DNA of 62,440 nt, counting the filler, from Globobulimina sp. (lineage: Eukaryota): the NCBI GenBank assembly GCA_003354225.1. It is 27 parts of 27 records of this genome, joined end to end, with 100 filler letters (N's around TTAATTAATTAA, not from the genome) between each part and the next. Parts side by side here need not be neighbours in the genome. Positions count along the whole stretch, not along the records: positions 23,177 to 25,393 come from PIVH01008135.1; positions 25,494 to 27,709 come from PIVH01008136.1; positions 27,810 to 30,025 come from PIVH01008137.1; positions 30,126 to 32,341 come from PIVH01008138.1; positions 32,442 to 34,657 come from PIVH01008139.1; positions 34,758 to 36,973 come from PIVH01008140.1; 21 more parts are not named here. One strand, given 5' to 3'. Position numbers and translations under genes: made by a program. Below, in pieces: positions 24,836 to 37,073 of the stretch. Under the pieces are notes generated by a model, which worked only from the letters and a program-made list of their open reading frames with translations, did not search any database and had not been told where the DNA came from. Each line of letters begins with the position of its first letter. Positions within the stretch are counted from its first letter, which is position 1.

Positions 24836-25333
24836 ATGGCGTGGCTGCGGAAGGGAAGGCAGAAAGCAGCAGTGAAACGAGAGAGGAACCATAGCATTTA
24901 TCGTAAATGTGGTATGAAGACTGGAATGAAAAATGGATTTGCGAGCACGCCGAGCAGTGATAACGAAGACAATGAATTCAAAGAACCTAAACACAAAAAA
25001 TTGAAAATAGATTCACATACAATGAGTGAATCAATCATCAAAACCAATATGCCCACTCTACAAATATTAACTGATACTAATAATGATAATAATTCTATAT
25101 TTGAGATACATGAACATGACGGATTGCTCTTGCCTGACATTGATATACATTCAGAGTGTCATGCTAAGTTTGCTGCGCTGGAAAAAAAATTCAAAGTCTT
25201 GCGATATAAATATAAGTTATTATTGTTTGAATATAATAAGAAAATCCCATGCACAATGTCATACAGTACTTATGTATTGGGCAGGTTTAGAGGAAAGTTC
25301 CATACACCACTGTGCAAACAAGTGGTTACATGA
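24836..25333 (+). CDS. Hypothetical protein
   Basis: 165-codon ORF with a basic N-terminus and a short coiled-coil-like stretch. Confidence 0.35.
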   Translation: MAWLRKGRQKAAVKRERNHSIYRKCGMKTGMKNGFASTPSSDNEDNEFKEPKHKKLKIDSHTMSESIIKTNMPTLQILTDTNNDNNSIFEIHEHDGLLLPDIDIHSECHAKFAALEKKFKVLRYKYKLLLFEYNKKIPCTMSYSTYVLGRFRGKFHTPLCKQVVT

Positions 25334-25493
25334 TGTGTTTACATGCTCCATGTGTGTTGTTGGTACATACCATTAGTACATGATAACAGCGACNNNNNNN
25401 NNNNNNNNNNNNNNNNNNNNNNNNNNNNNNNNNNNNNTTAATTAATTAANNNNNNNNNNNNNNNNNNNNNNNNNNNNNNNNNNNNNNNNNNNN

Positions 25494-26553
25494 CATAATT
25501 CTTCAAATCCTCCGGTTTAAAGGGACTGTTCCCATCATAACAGGTAATATTATCATTGCATTCGATATGTCCATACTTAGCACTATTTTCCTCATATAAA
25601 TATTTCATAAAAGTCAAATATTTCGCTTCAATGTTTTGCTCAATATCCGGCGACTTACCATCGACAGGCAACGCATCGATATATTGTTGGATATTGGCAG
25701 TGCTGTATGCTTTTCGCGTACGTGTCATGCAACAAAATCCGCGATAAAACTCTAAATCTTTGCAATTAAAATATCGTTTTTCATTCTCAGTGCCGATGGT
25801 AAAGCCAGCATTGTGGTTTGTGTTTTTATTGTTGCTGTTATTGCTGTTACCGCTGCCATACGATAATAGTGACGGAGAGGGGTTCCGTGCTTCGATTTTT
25901 TGTCTCTTGCGTGGTGGCTGTGCGCCATCAAAGATATTATTTTGTTTCCTCTTTTGCCCGGTTTTATGCTCATCATTCTCTGATTTCTCTCCCTCGATAT
26001 CGATATACATTTTATTCTTGGCGATGTGACAGCGTCGAATCACGTGTCTTGGATGCTGTTTAAAGACATTTTCAGCTTTGAGTTTCTTGTTTTTATTCAA
26101 TGTGTTCATTCGCAATTGCTTGTTTTTTTTGTATGAGTTTTGTTTTATGATAGCTTGTTTATGGCCGGTGTTCCATGCAAATAATGGCACTGTGAAGGCA
26201 GCAGCTTTTTGTTCTTCGTATAAGATATTGTTTGTCTGTGCCGCTGCAGTGAGTGATGGGAGTGCATCCCATACGGATTTTGGAGCCGGAGCGTTGTTGG
26301 TTGCTTTGGTGAAAATATTGACACCATTTTTAGGGCGAATAATCATAAATCCGCCACTATTTTTAACGGCGTCTGTTTGCGCCAATTGCATTACTTTGTC
26401 GATGAAATTTGCCGTGTTTAAGCCATTTGGACCAAACTCAATTGTATGGATGTTTACTGCTTTGAATGTCATGCCTTCGTGGAGTTGACGTTTACTTAGT
26501 AATGTGTCGAAAGGGAATGTTGGTGCTGTTTTTAGTGGACAGTGCGAAGCCAT
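25494..26553 (-). CDS. Hypothetical nuclear protein, possibly a divergent JmjN/JmjC (KDM4/5-like) N-terminal part, 3' partial
   Basis: Long ORF with NLS-like PPRKRQK. FIDKV...SGGFMIIRP resembles JmjN; IEAKY...AKYG resembles the pre-JmjC LERKYW...IYG segment. Confidence 0.4.
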
Positions 26554-27086
26554 TGTGTACAAGCACAGTTTTCAAGTTGCCAGTAAATTATATGAGTTTA
26601 TTTACAACAATTTACCAAGACGTGGTATATATTTAATATTGATATTCAGTGGAGTGTTGCTTTGAGTTTTAAGGAAATGGTCGTCTCAAATGAGTTGAGG
26701 TTTTGTGATTTCACTGAATTAGCGTTCCAGTACGAAATAATACCATTAAATATTCGAGATTTCGACAAAAGAAGTTCAATTGTTTGTACATGCCCAAAAC
26801 TTTCTAGAAATTTCTGTCTGAGTGGCCTACTTCGGCCTTATTGTGAATAATAATTAATATTATTTATGTGGAAGTATAAATAAACATTATATATATAGAT
26901 TAGTATAAATTATAAATATATACAGTATAGGTACGTTACATAATTCATTAATAATTTACACAAATCATTTTTTATCACAAGAGCACACATCATCTTAATT
27001 TAGATTTAGATAACTTTTGCGGGAGTCCTCCAGTAAAACAATTAAACACAATAGAAAGCTGATCGCATATATTTTGTCCAATGATA

Positions 27087-27709
27087 TCAATTGCAATATA
27101 TACTGGTATATGCATAAGAAGTGAATATAACATTTTCATTTTGTAGTATCCAGCCCCATTTTTTATCGTCGCGGAAAGCACATAAAGGCTGGAAATTATT
27201 TATCTTAATCCATCGCGACTGAAACAGTTTTTTATTTTTACAATTCTCATTATTTTCGCTATATTGAGAATATTGTTTATATCCATAACAAGTGCGTGGA
27301 TTGCTATTTGTTGAATTTTTTTTCTTTATATCAAAATCGTACAAAGTATTAAATCTGGAGCTCCTCTGCAAACCAATTGTATCATCAATCAATGCCTCAA
27401 TGAATTTCCACTTAAATTCTTGTCCAAAAAAATAAATATTTTCATGCGTTAATGTACCATCGATATCAAATTTTGCAGATTGTTTATTTTTTAATTTATT
27501 CCGTTTTAATTTAAAATGCCATTTTATGGAAGTTAGTTCTTTAAAAGTGATAACATTTCGTTGTCTGTCGAGATATGACATTTTAAATGCATGGATAGGT
27601 TTGCTTTGCTTTATATTTATTGCTTTTCGTATAATAAAAAATTTATCTTTCCATAATAAATCACAATTGTATAACCATAACAATTTATTATTAAATACTA
27701 ATTTATTCC
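27087..27709 (-). CDS. C-terminal part of a conserved uncharacterised (F-box-associated-like) protein, 5' partial
   Basis: R.VIT..EL...KWHF, F..DG, WIKINNFQPL and WGWILQNENVIFTS pattern. Confidence 0.45.
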
Positions 27710-27809
27710 NNNNNNNNNNNNNNNNNNNNNNNNNNNNNNNNNNNNNNNNNNNNTTAATTAATTAANNNNNNNNNNNNNNNNNNNNNNNNNNNNNNNNNNN
27801 NNNNNNNNN

Positions 27810-28034
27810 ATTTATTTTATCAATGTGCTTTGTTTTTAAATGAATAATACCGTTTAAACAATGGATGTGCTGATATTGCTCATAGATAAAATGAGTGAAT
27901 GTTTCTGAATCATTATTTTCATAAATATTTAATGCATTTATTATATTCTGTACTTGAAGACATTTATTTGGATCATCAGTATCGCAGTCGAATGTTTGTT
28001 GTGCGAATAAAAGCTGTGCATACGTATCAGCCAT
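27810..28034 (-). CDS. N-terminal fragment of a hypothetical protein
   Basis: ATG-initiated frame running into the linker. Confidence 0.4.
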
Positions 28035-28154
28035 TTATTTTTGTGTTGGTCTGCAACCACATCAACACATGGTTCGATGCTTTAGGATTTTTGTTAGAGA
28101 TTTTCTTCTTCAAAATACTAAGACTTATTTCTGTTAATTGTGACTTATTTACAT

Positions 28155-29815
28155 TTACTGCTTGCCGCAAGAACAGACACCATTTTGAAATACATGTTTT
28201 TTGTTTGGGTCAATACATATAATCTTGACATCAGAACAATTCTTTGAAACACAACAAAAAAATGTATGACAATCATAACACATTCTCATTGACACATTTA
28301 TCGCAATGTGGTTTACATTTTTATCCATTAAAAATGCCAAAGCTCTTTTCTCTGCGTGGTAAGATAACATTTTATTTGCATATTCATCGGAAAACTCATA
28401 TTCCTCATTCAACATTCGGACTTCTGGATGTTTACACGTATCAACTGTATGGCCAACTTTTGCAATTAATTTGTCTGTTATTTCATTATAATTATAAATC
28501 AGCTCATCATCATTTTTATGGTATGTATTATCTAACACATACTCTCTATCATCGTATACAAATTTGGCATAAACCTGTCTGATATCATTGATTGTTTCCA
28601 ATAATGGCCATAAAACAGATTGCAATTCATAATGATTTGCAATGCATGCAATTCGATAAAAATGTTTTTTGCGATCATCGTTTACTTCCTTCCAATCGTT
28701 TACATATTTTATGGTTTGATTCAATGCTTTCATTTGATACTTATCCCTCTTTTCAAAAGTGGTTAAAATTGTTAATGACTCAATATCCGGTTTGTTATAG
28801 TTATCATATTCCATCCACATTTTGTCAAACTGAGACAAATGACCATACGCTGTCAATATTTGATGATAACAAAATCTATTTATTTTTAAATCAGTTTCGT
28901 TTAATTCATCAATTAACGCATTGACTAAATCCAATTTATTACATTGATATGCGGCCATAATCGCGAATGAATAACAGAGTGTGTTTGGTTTAATTGCGTA
29001 TTCGGAGTGCGATGTTATTTGATTCCAAATTGTTTCCACTGTTTCGGACTTGCCACTTTTTATTAATCCATCTAAAATACCGCAAAATATGTAAGTATCA
29101 AGCAATTTGTGGTGCGAATCCAATAATATCTCTCGCAGCAACACATCAAATGCATCAAAATCGGAAACTATTTGTATTTAATATTTAGTTTAATAGAAAC
29201 GAAACAGTGTAATGAAATAAATAAATCTTTACCTTTAAGAACAGCATTTATTAATATTGACATTGTATAACAATCAGGTGACACATTACATGTTTTCATG
29301 TCGTTGTATTCATCCAACATTGATTGGATATTATTGATTCTAGCAAATGCACCAATTAATCCATTCCATTTTCGGGTATCCATATCGAGCAAAAATTTAT
29401 TTTTCATTTCATAAGCAAATAATTTGACATTGTCACAATGTAAACATTTGCTCGCTGCTTTAATCAGCAAATTATAACAGCCAACGTCTGGTTTAATGTC
29501 ATTATTAATTACAAAATGGTTCCATACTTTTTCATAAAAATACGTTTTGCTTTTACTTTTTAAACAAGAATGTAGCATTGATGACAATGAATAATGTGTT
29601 AGTTCTACATTATTGTTTCGCATTTCATTCAATAATTCCAAACTTGCGTCAATTTCCCCTTTTTTTGATAATTTCCATAAATGTTTTTCATATTTCATAC
29701 GATCTGGTATCTGTTCTGTATGTACCAACATAGTGCATAATGAATTGTATATTGTTGTTAGGAGTATTTGCTTTTTGTAGCTCATGCATTTTACAAACAA
29801 AGTGAAAGTTTTCAT
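28155..29815 (-). CDS. PPR protein with C-terminal DYW-type deaminase domain (intron 29232-29168)
   Basis: ~35-aa PPR repeats (IKPDVGCYNLLIKA, WNGLIGAFAR, VSPDCYTMSILINA, IKPNTLCYSFAIMA). C-terminus LSYHAEKRALAF...MRMCYDCHTFF...D...HVFQNGVCSC. The intron joins the two ORFs in phase (LK-V-SDFDAF). Confidence 0.92.
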
Positions 29816-30293
29816 CTGCTATTTACATCGTTCCCTCATGTCATGCCAGGAAAGTGTGCAAAAAGTAGAGCCATTAAAATCGAGTAATACACCTAATACC
29901 CCACCGTCTGACAACTCCGACCTTATTAGGAAATAATAGCAATAATAATATATAATAATCGCATGCAATAACCAATCATAACGTATTTCCGAATAAAACA
30001 AATGAAACCATGACCCGGTAAATCANNNNNNNNNNNNNNNNNNNNNNNNNNNNNNNNNNNNNNNNNNNNTTAATTAATTAANNNNNNNNNNNNNNNNNNN
30101 NNNNNNNNNNNNNNNNNNNNNNNNNAAATTTATACAAAAATGAAATGAAAAAAAGAAAAATGAAAATGAAGATAATATAAAAAGGTAAGAAGAAAAAGTG
30201 TCTGTAAAAAGCATATATATAATAATAAACAAAACAAACAACAAAAAAGCAATTAGCAAAAGATGGACTGGGCCATGCACCACAATTAAATAT

Positions 30294-32275
30294 TTATTCA
30301 TTCCGCATCATCATTTCTTCCAATCGCTCGGCCCACCAATCGGAAATATGAACTTGTTTATTATTATCATATGGCAACAATCGAAACTCGGGCCCCACCA
30401 ACAACGAACAGATCGCAAACAGCGCGTCGGAATAAGTCACAACTAACTTCTCATCCAACTCCGAGCCGCGATACGAGCACAAGATGCGAAGCCGCCGCGT
30501 CTTAAACACGGCATTCAAATGGTCGTTGCTGACAATCACTTTCTTGTCGGCAATATTCGGCTTTCCCACAAAATCCAATTTGCCATAAGTCTCCGTCGAC
30601 CGTCTCGTTAATTCCTCGACGTCTTCATAATCAATCTCGGCGTCGGTATCTTCGATATTTAAGCGCAAATTCAGCGAATCCAACAAGAAGCCAATCAAAA
30701 TGGGCGACGATTTCAGCGTTTTGACAAACATTTTGATCGGTAATCGCGGCTTCAACTTCTTGCCATAAATCTCCTTCTCGGCAGCTAACCACTTTTGCTT
30801 CCACGGATTCACTAACTGCAACTTCAACAATTTCTGCTCAAACTGCACATTATCCACATACGTGTCCAAGATGACGGCAATAAACAAGTTGATCAACACA
30901 AAGGTGCCGAAAATCGTAAACAACACAAAATACGTGACCGAGGCCGCCATATTCCCGCATTTGTAGTCGAAGGTGCCGTCCGATGGCGGCGAGGCTTGCG
31001 ACAAAACCTCGTCAGAACAGGCCAACGCGCCCTGGGCCCCCGTCGACAGTAAGATGCTGCCCCAATTGTCATTGGTCGCCGTCCTGTACAATATGAACAG
31101 CGCCGTGCCAAAATACTCGAAGTTGATGCTGCGACTCAGTCCTTCGTTGCTGTCATACAGACTGAGGTTGCCGTAGCCGTCGCTATGGAACACCTTCCCG
31201 AATAACTCCACGCCAAAGATGCCGAAAATAAAGAAAATCACCAAGAGCAACAAGCCGATGTTGAACAAGGACGGCAAGGCATAGCCGAGAGTAATAAACA
31301 AGGCCCGCAACAACGGCGCTTTCTTCACCAACCGGATCACCCTCAACACCCTCAATAAGCGCACCACGGCCAGGCCAGAGCTGAAAAACAAGCCGATGAT
31401 GGAAACCACCACAATGCCGAAATCAAACACGTTCCACCAATCATAAAAATAGCCGCGAACGCCGTAGGCAATCAATTTGAAGATGGCCTCGACGCAATAA
31501 ATAATGACAAAGATCAGCTCGAACACAAACAGGACCTGCGACCAATACGCGGCCTGTCCCTCATGCTCCGTCATCAAGAAAATGGTGTTGGATAAGATGC
31601 AGCCAATGATAAAATATTCGAACAGCGGGTTCTCCACGAAGTTGAACATCAAATTGCGAAATTTATACTTGATTTTCGGCCGCTTTTTTCCTTGCCGCAA
31701 CGAGAAACGCTGCAAAAATCTGCGCTTCCGCACCCACAAAACCTGCTGCTGCGTCAACAACGCATTGGCTTCGTCCTCGTCCTTGATCCGATTGAACGAG
31801 TCCACCACCACCGAGATGATAATATTCAGCACGAAAAAGCCGGCCACCAACACGATCAAAATGAAAAAGGAGGCGGCAAAGGGCCGATTGTAAGGCACCG
31901 CCGCAAAGGCTGAGGGTAATTGGTCCGCGTAGCCGCCGCTCGCCATACCGCCCGAGAGCTCGTCGTACCAATTGCTGAACATCGAGATCTTGAACACGGT
32001 CAGCAGAGACACGCCGATATTATCAAAGTTGTAGCCCGGATTGATAAACGAATGTCCTTCTTCCAGGCATTGCCACTCCGTCGGCGGCTCCAAATCCAAC
32101 ACGATGTCGAACGCATTGCTGCTGTCGCCATACACGCAGCGCCCAAACTGCCCGCAAAATAGTTGCAAGCCCACAATGCCTAACACGAACAGGATGAAAA
32201 AGGAGAAACACACTGCGTTTATCACATTGGTCAGCGACGCGATCAGCGCCTTCACCATGACTCCAAATATGCGCT
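30294..32275 (-). CDS. Four-domain voltage-gated Ca2+/Na+ channel-like protein, domains III-IV and C-terminus, 5' partial
   Basis: GLQLFCG, NFDNIG, LTQQQVLW linker, YFYDWWNVFDF, S4 RLLRVLRVIRL, LPSLFNIGLLL, INLFIAVILD. Confidence 0.93.
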
Positions 32276-32483
32276 GTTGGATTTATACTCATTGTAAAAT
32301 AAATGCAGTCAAATACTTTGTCACCAAATTAAATTCATAAANNNNNNNNNNNNNNNNNNNNNNNNNNNNNNNNNNNNNNNNNNNNTTAATTAATTAANNN
32401 NNNNNNNNNNNNNNNNNNNNNNNNNNNNNNNNNNNNNNNNNAACTAATACAGTATTTTCAATTTCACGTATTTAATATTTTAT

Positions 32484-32849
32484 TTATTCGTTAATATTGA
32501 TTTGTTCCATTTCAGAATTGCTCATATCCTCAGAATCAATGTTAGCCACATTGCTATATCCTTTGCGTGAATTTTTACTTAAAAATGATGGTCTTCCCGT
32601 CCCAGATCCAGTGGAACATTGTAAATAACAAACCATTGATATATTAAATACCAATACTAATCCAACGACCGTACACACAGCAATCACCCATGGATTTGAT
32701 AAATAATAATAAACTTCATGTGGTTGTGCTGATACATTGTTATCATTTGGTACTGGAATATTTATTATTGGACCACTGTCGCCATCACCACGCACAACAT
32801 TTTGTAAGAGTAAGCTCATTGAAAATAACACTAAATAGAGTCTATTCAT
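32484..32849 (-). CDS. Small single-pass membrane protein with signal peptide
   Basis: N-terminal hydrophobic leader and one TM segment (WVIAVCTVVGLVLVFNISMVCYL). Confidence 0.65.
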   Translation of the reverse strand: MNRLYLVLFSMSLLLQNVVRGDGDSGPIINIPVPNDNNVSAQPHEVYYYLSNPWVIAVCTVVGLVLVFNISMVCYLQCSTGSGTGRPSFLSKNSRKGYSNVANIDSEDMSNSEMEQININE

Positions 32850-33019
32850 TGTTTTCCAAATCCAATTTTGTGAGTTGTTGTATGACTTTTTCCCAAGAAC
32901 GTAATAGCGCTTAATACGAAAGAATGGACCAGATTAAGTTTTTTTTTGTTAGAAAAAACTCTCTTCAAAACACTAAGAATATCAACGGTAATCGCAAAAA
33001 GAGAACTTTTCAAATTAAA

Positions 33020-34419
33020 TCAATGATAATACGGCTTGCCAGCCCCTTTTTCATTATCATCCTTCCAGTTTGCCCATCCCCTCTCATCCTTCAACCACTG
33101 TTCATATTCCTCCTCAGTCATATCCTCAATCTCGTCATTGTCCTTTGGATCGTTCGGCATATCATTCATGGTAAACGTGGTCACCTTTCCTTTCCGATGA
33201 TACTCCACTTTGCCGGGATTTAATTCGCGCCCATCATCATGATCCACATTATAGCCCAACGGCGTGCCATATCTCTCCATATGTCTCCTATTCAATATCT
33301 CCTCCCTCTTCTTGGCCTGTCTCTTCTCTTCGTAATCCTTTGGTATCTCCGACAATAGTCCCAATTGTGCGGCTTGTTCCGGTGTATAAGTCCATGGATT
33401 TGGATCGCGAAATATCAGATTCCTATCCGTGCGCAACTTGACTTTGTCATCGATGGTATGGTCCAAATGATATTTCATCTCTTCCAAATTCCCAAAAGCA
33501 TTGGTTTTCCCATTTTCGTCCACTGTCCATACCTTTGGCCCTTTGCCGGATGTTTTTTGTGCATTGTCGGCGTTTTTCGGCTCCCAATTAAAAAAAGTTG
33601 CTTTGTGATTGATAGTTTGTGGCTCTTTATTTGTATTCTGACCATATTTATCTTTATTATTTTGCGCCGTTTCGGACTGTTTTTTCTCCCACATTTCAGA
33701 TAATGGGCGTTCCACTGCATTTTGTCTGTTTTTGGTAATCAAATATTGCATTAAGCGCAAGGATATTTTATTAACTTTAATGTTTTGAGTGTTTTAAGTA
33801 TGCCAATTTGATATTGATTTGACCAAAATTCGCGATTATCCGCTTCATCATTAAATAATTTCCATTTATTGTCATTGCTTTGTTGTTTGTTATGACTGTC
33901 TTTTTTTAGTAATGTATCTATTTTATTTGTGATTAGTTGCTGTAATTTGAAGTTTTCGACGTGTTCTGTCCGTGCTTGAAACGCATTTAATTTTGGTTTG
34001 TCATGTTCGTTATATCCACGTTCAAATATATCTCGATGTTTTTTTTTCAAAATGGTCCAATTATCACATTGATTTACAAATATTTTGCCAAATTCATCCG
34101 AATATCTTAATGACAATGTACGTTTTCCTTCGTTTCTGTTGGTGTATAATTCTGAGAGAAAATGTGATATTAATCCGAATTTTAAACATTCTGTGTTGAT
34201 GTCATCAATTTCTTCATTGGATGAAAATAGATTGGCAATCACTGCGCGTTTTTTTAGCATATAACAGGATTCAATGCATGTTTTCATTTGAATGTCGGTT
34301 GTTGCTGTATCACCTATGCATTTATTATAATTCTTCCATACAGTAAAAAATTCCTCGTTTAAGGACATTGACCCTTGATCTTTAGTGTATATTGGTTGTG
34401 CCATGATCAATTTAAGCAC
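33020..34419 (-). CDS. TAP42: TAP42/alpha4 (IGBP1) PP2A-family regulator (probable 50-nt intron near 33726-33775)
   Basis: LFSSNEEIDDINTECLKF N-terminal motif and RGWANWKDDNEKGAG C-terminal motif. A 50-nt GT..AG segment joins the two ORFs in frame. Confidence 0.85.
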
Positions 34420-34757
34420 ACTTAAGTTAAAGAGTAGGTTAAATATATCTTCTTTTAAACATTTTCAAGTATGTTTAATATTGAAGCTTCAAACAAACAA
34501 CTTAGCACTTGTTTGGTTATTCCATTATCATCAAAAACACACAACATAACTGAATGTACTGATTTATAATATGGTTTGTAATGTTTATTCACTAAATATC
34601 TCTGAATATGTTTCTTTTCATATTCATCCAATACACGATTATAGACAATAAGTTCGANNNNNNNNNNNNNNNNNNNNNNNNNNNNNNNNNNNNNNNNNNN
34701 NTTAATTAATTAANNNNNNNNNNNNNNNNNNNNNNNNNNNNNNNNNNNNNNNNNNNN

Positions 34758-35271
34758 AATAAATTGGAAAGTGGCTGAACCAGTCTTGAAAAGCGTTGGT
34801 ATGGTTGCCACGAATGCCGTTATCTCGCAAGTTGTGGTTTGCTTTGAGGTATTTGATGACCAGTTCGTGCGAGCGGATTGATTGGAACTTAAATGGACAG
34901 GATCCGTTTTTAAATGCATCCAATCCTTCTCTGGTATAAACACCGTTAAATCCTTCACAAAGTGAGGCTGTGTGGGATATCGCAGTGCTTATCTCAATGT
35001 TGTCGTTGTTTAGTATGGCTTTGCGACATTCTTCTCGCAGTAATGGGTTAGCAAAGGGAGACTTTGTTGGATTGGAATTGGATGTATTGTGGTTGTTGTT
35101 TGTTGGTACATCATAGCCGTCGGATTCTGTGATCACTATTTGGTTTTGCGATTCTGTTGATGCAATCTCTAAGTTGTCAAGTTCGAAAATAGTGTATAAG
35201 CAAAAGCTGACAAAAGAGAGTATTATCAATGACCCAAGAATTATCCCTATTTTGTTTTTCCATAATGACAT
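34758..35271 (-). CDS. Type II membrane protein, N-terminal fragment (Golgi-enzyme-like topology)
   Basis: Short basic N-terminus, single TM helix, then a Ser/Thr/Asn-rich stem. Confidence 0.55.
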
Positions 35272-37073
35272 TATTTGTGTTTGATGATTGTTAAAAACTT
35301 GAGCACTTCACTAGAAAAGCAATGTGCACTGAATAAAAAAATGATGCATTTGCGAATTGCTGTATCATTACTATGTATATGGAAACATATCAAAAACAAT
35401 AATGTTCCGGGATTAATCTATCAACCGTTGATTATGGATTATGGCGCATTCCATCGGGAGTTCGTAACTTTCATTAAACGGATTGGAAAATTAAGAGCGG
35501 CAAATCTAAACGTTGAGGAATCGGAATCTATTGTATATTGTTTTCAATACATTTCAGCAAAGTTACATAAAGCTAACGCTGTCTCACTGTTACATCATTA
35601 TTATATTTACAATCAAGAACAATTATAATAAAATAGTATTTGAGGAATTTGTCAGTATTGCAACCAATCTAACATGTCACTTATTTAATTTACTTATTTT
35701 CTTTTTGACTATTTCTTTTATGTGTTATGAGTGACTTATTGTGTTATCATCTTGTTACATTGTTACGAGAGTGATTATTTATTAAAGGTTGTATTTGCAA
35801 TCTAGTTAAGTGCTTTTATGCCAATCTTAAGGTATTTCCCATCAACGCTACGTATTGCGCTTTAATATATCGAAGAATTAAAAACAAGACACAGTATTAT
35901 CAAATATTGATTCTCCTTTAAATTAAAGCACCAAAATGTAACAAACAGAATCTGAGGGTGACATTCTCATATCATCCATCATCTAAACAAAATAATAAAA
36001 AAAAAAGAATTGTAAGCTAGAAATTGAATCAAAATTCATAACATTTATCACAAAAATGATTGCCTCAAGCAATACGGATAAAATCCTGGCAAAATCTGAT
36101 TTAAATAATGTGGAAAAAGAGAAAACATATAACTGAACAATTAACAAATGTGGAAATAGATTAAAAATCGAGCACAAAATTCCCATGCAATATTCATTTA
36201 AACAGTACATGAAATACCAATATTCATTCACGCCAGGATTTGAACCTGAATTCCATACATAAAAACAGCGCTCTACCACAGAAAACGCTAATAGGCATAG
36301 CCAGATCACTTCACACCATCCTTTCGTCAACATTGTGTGTCTGTTTTATTGATCAAATAGAGTCGTATTAAGGTAATTAAGAGACCCTGACCTCTCAGCT
36401 GATAATATTGTGTATTTATGTGTTTTTGAAATGTAGAAATTGATGTAATTTATCCCGTATTAAGACCGCCAGAATTTCTATCTCCTCTCTCAATATTAAT
36501 TCAAATACAAAATAAAAAACATATTCTATAATATAAACACTTTCTTGACAGATTAAAGCAAAAAAAATTCAATATATTAAATTTAATGGATAAAATTAGG
36601 AAAACGAATTGGAGTTAAATTGGACAGCTGGTTGAATTGGAATTCGATTCAATTGAAATGAATTGAAATGAAATGAATTGGATAAATAATTGAAGTGTGG
36701 TAAAGATGAGAGATATTTTATGGTTATAAAGAGGAGAGATATTTTATGATTATAAAGAGGAGATAGGAAAAATGAGGATGATGCTTCTTGTAATGCAATA
36801 ATGGCAGTTGCTTGGAAGCGTAAATCATTTTTAAAATCACCAGCAAGGAAAAAAGGATAAATAAAAATTTGAGATGGATGAAAATTAGATTGAATTGTAT
36901 GGGATTAGATTAGAAAAAAATAGATTTGGATGAATTGGATGAAAATGAATGTTTGATGGTTTTGATGATGGCGNNNNNNNNNNNNNNNNNNNNNNNNNNN
37001 NNNNNNNNNNNNNNNNNTTAATTAATTAANNNNNNNNNNNNNNNNNNNNNNNNNNNNNNNNNNNNNNNNNNNN

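Noticed and set aside
25250-25376. RING-H2-like fragment HHCANKWLHDVFTCSMC
   Set aside because: It is in a different frame from the upstream ORF and I could not find a convincing splice or the first half of the RING.
33720-33780. Programmed frameshift in TAP42
   Set aside because: A 50-nt GT-AG intron restores the frame, which is the simpler explanation.
36600-36973. Purine-rich tract with GAATT/GAAAT repeats and a duplicated ~24-mer
   Set aside because: Low-complexity sequence with no structure or coding signal I can support.
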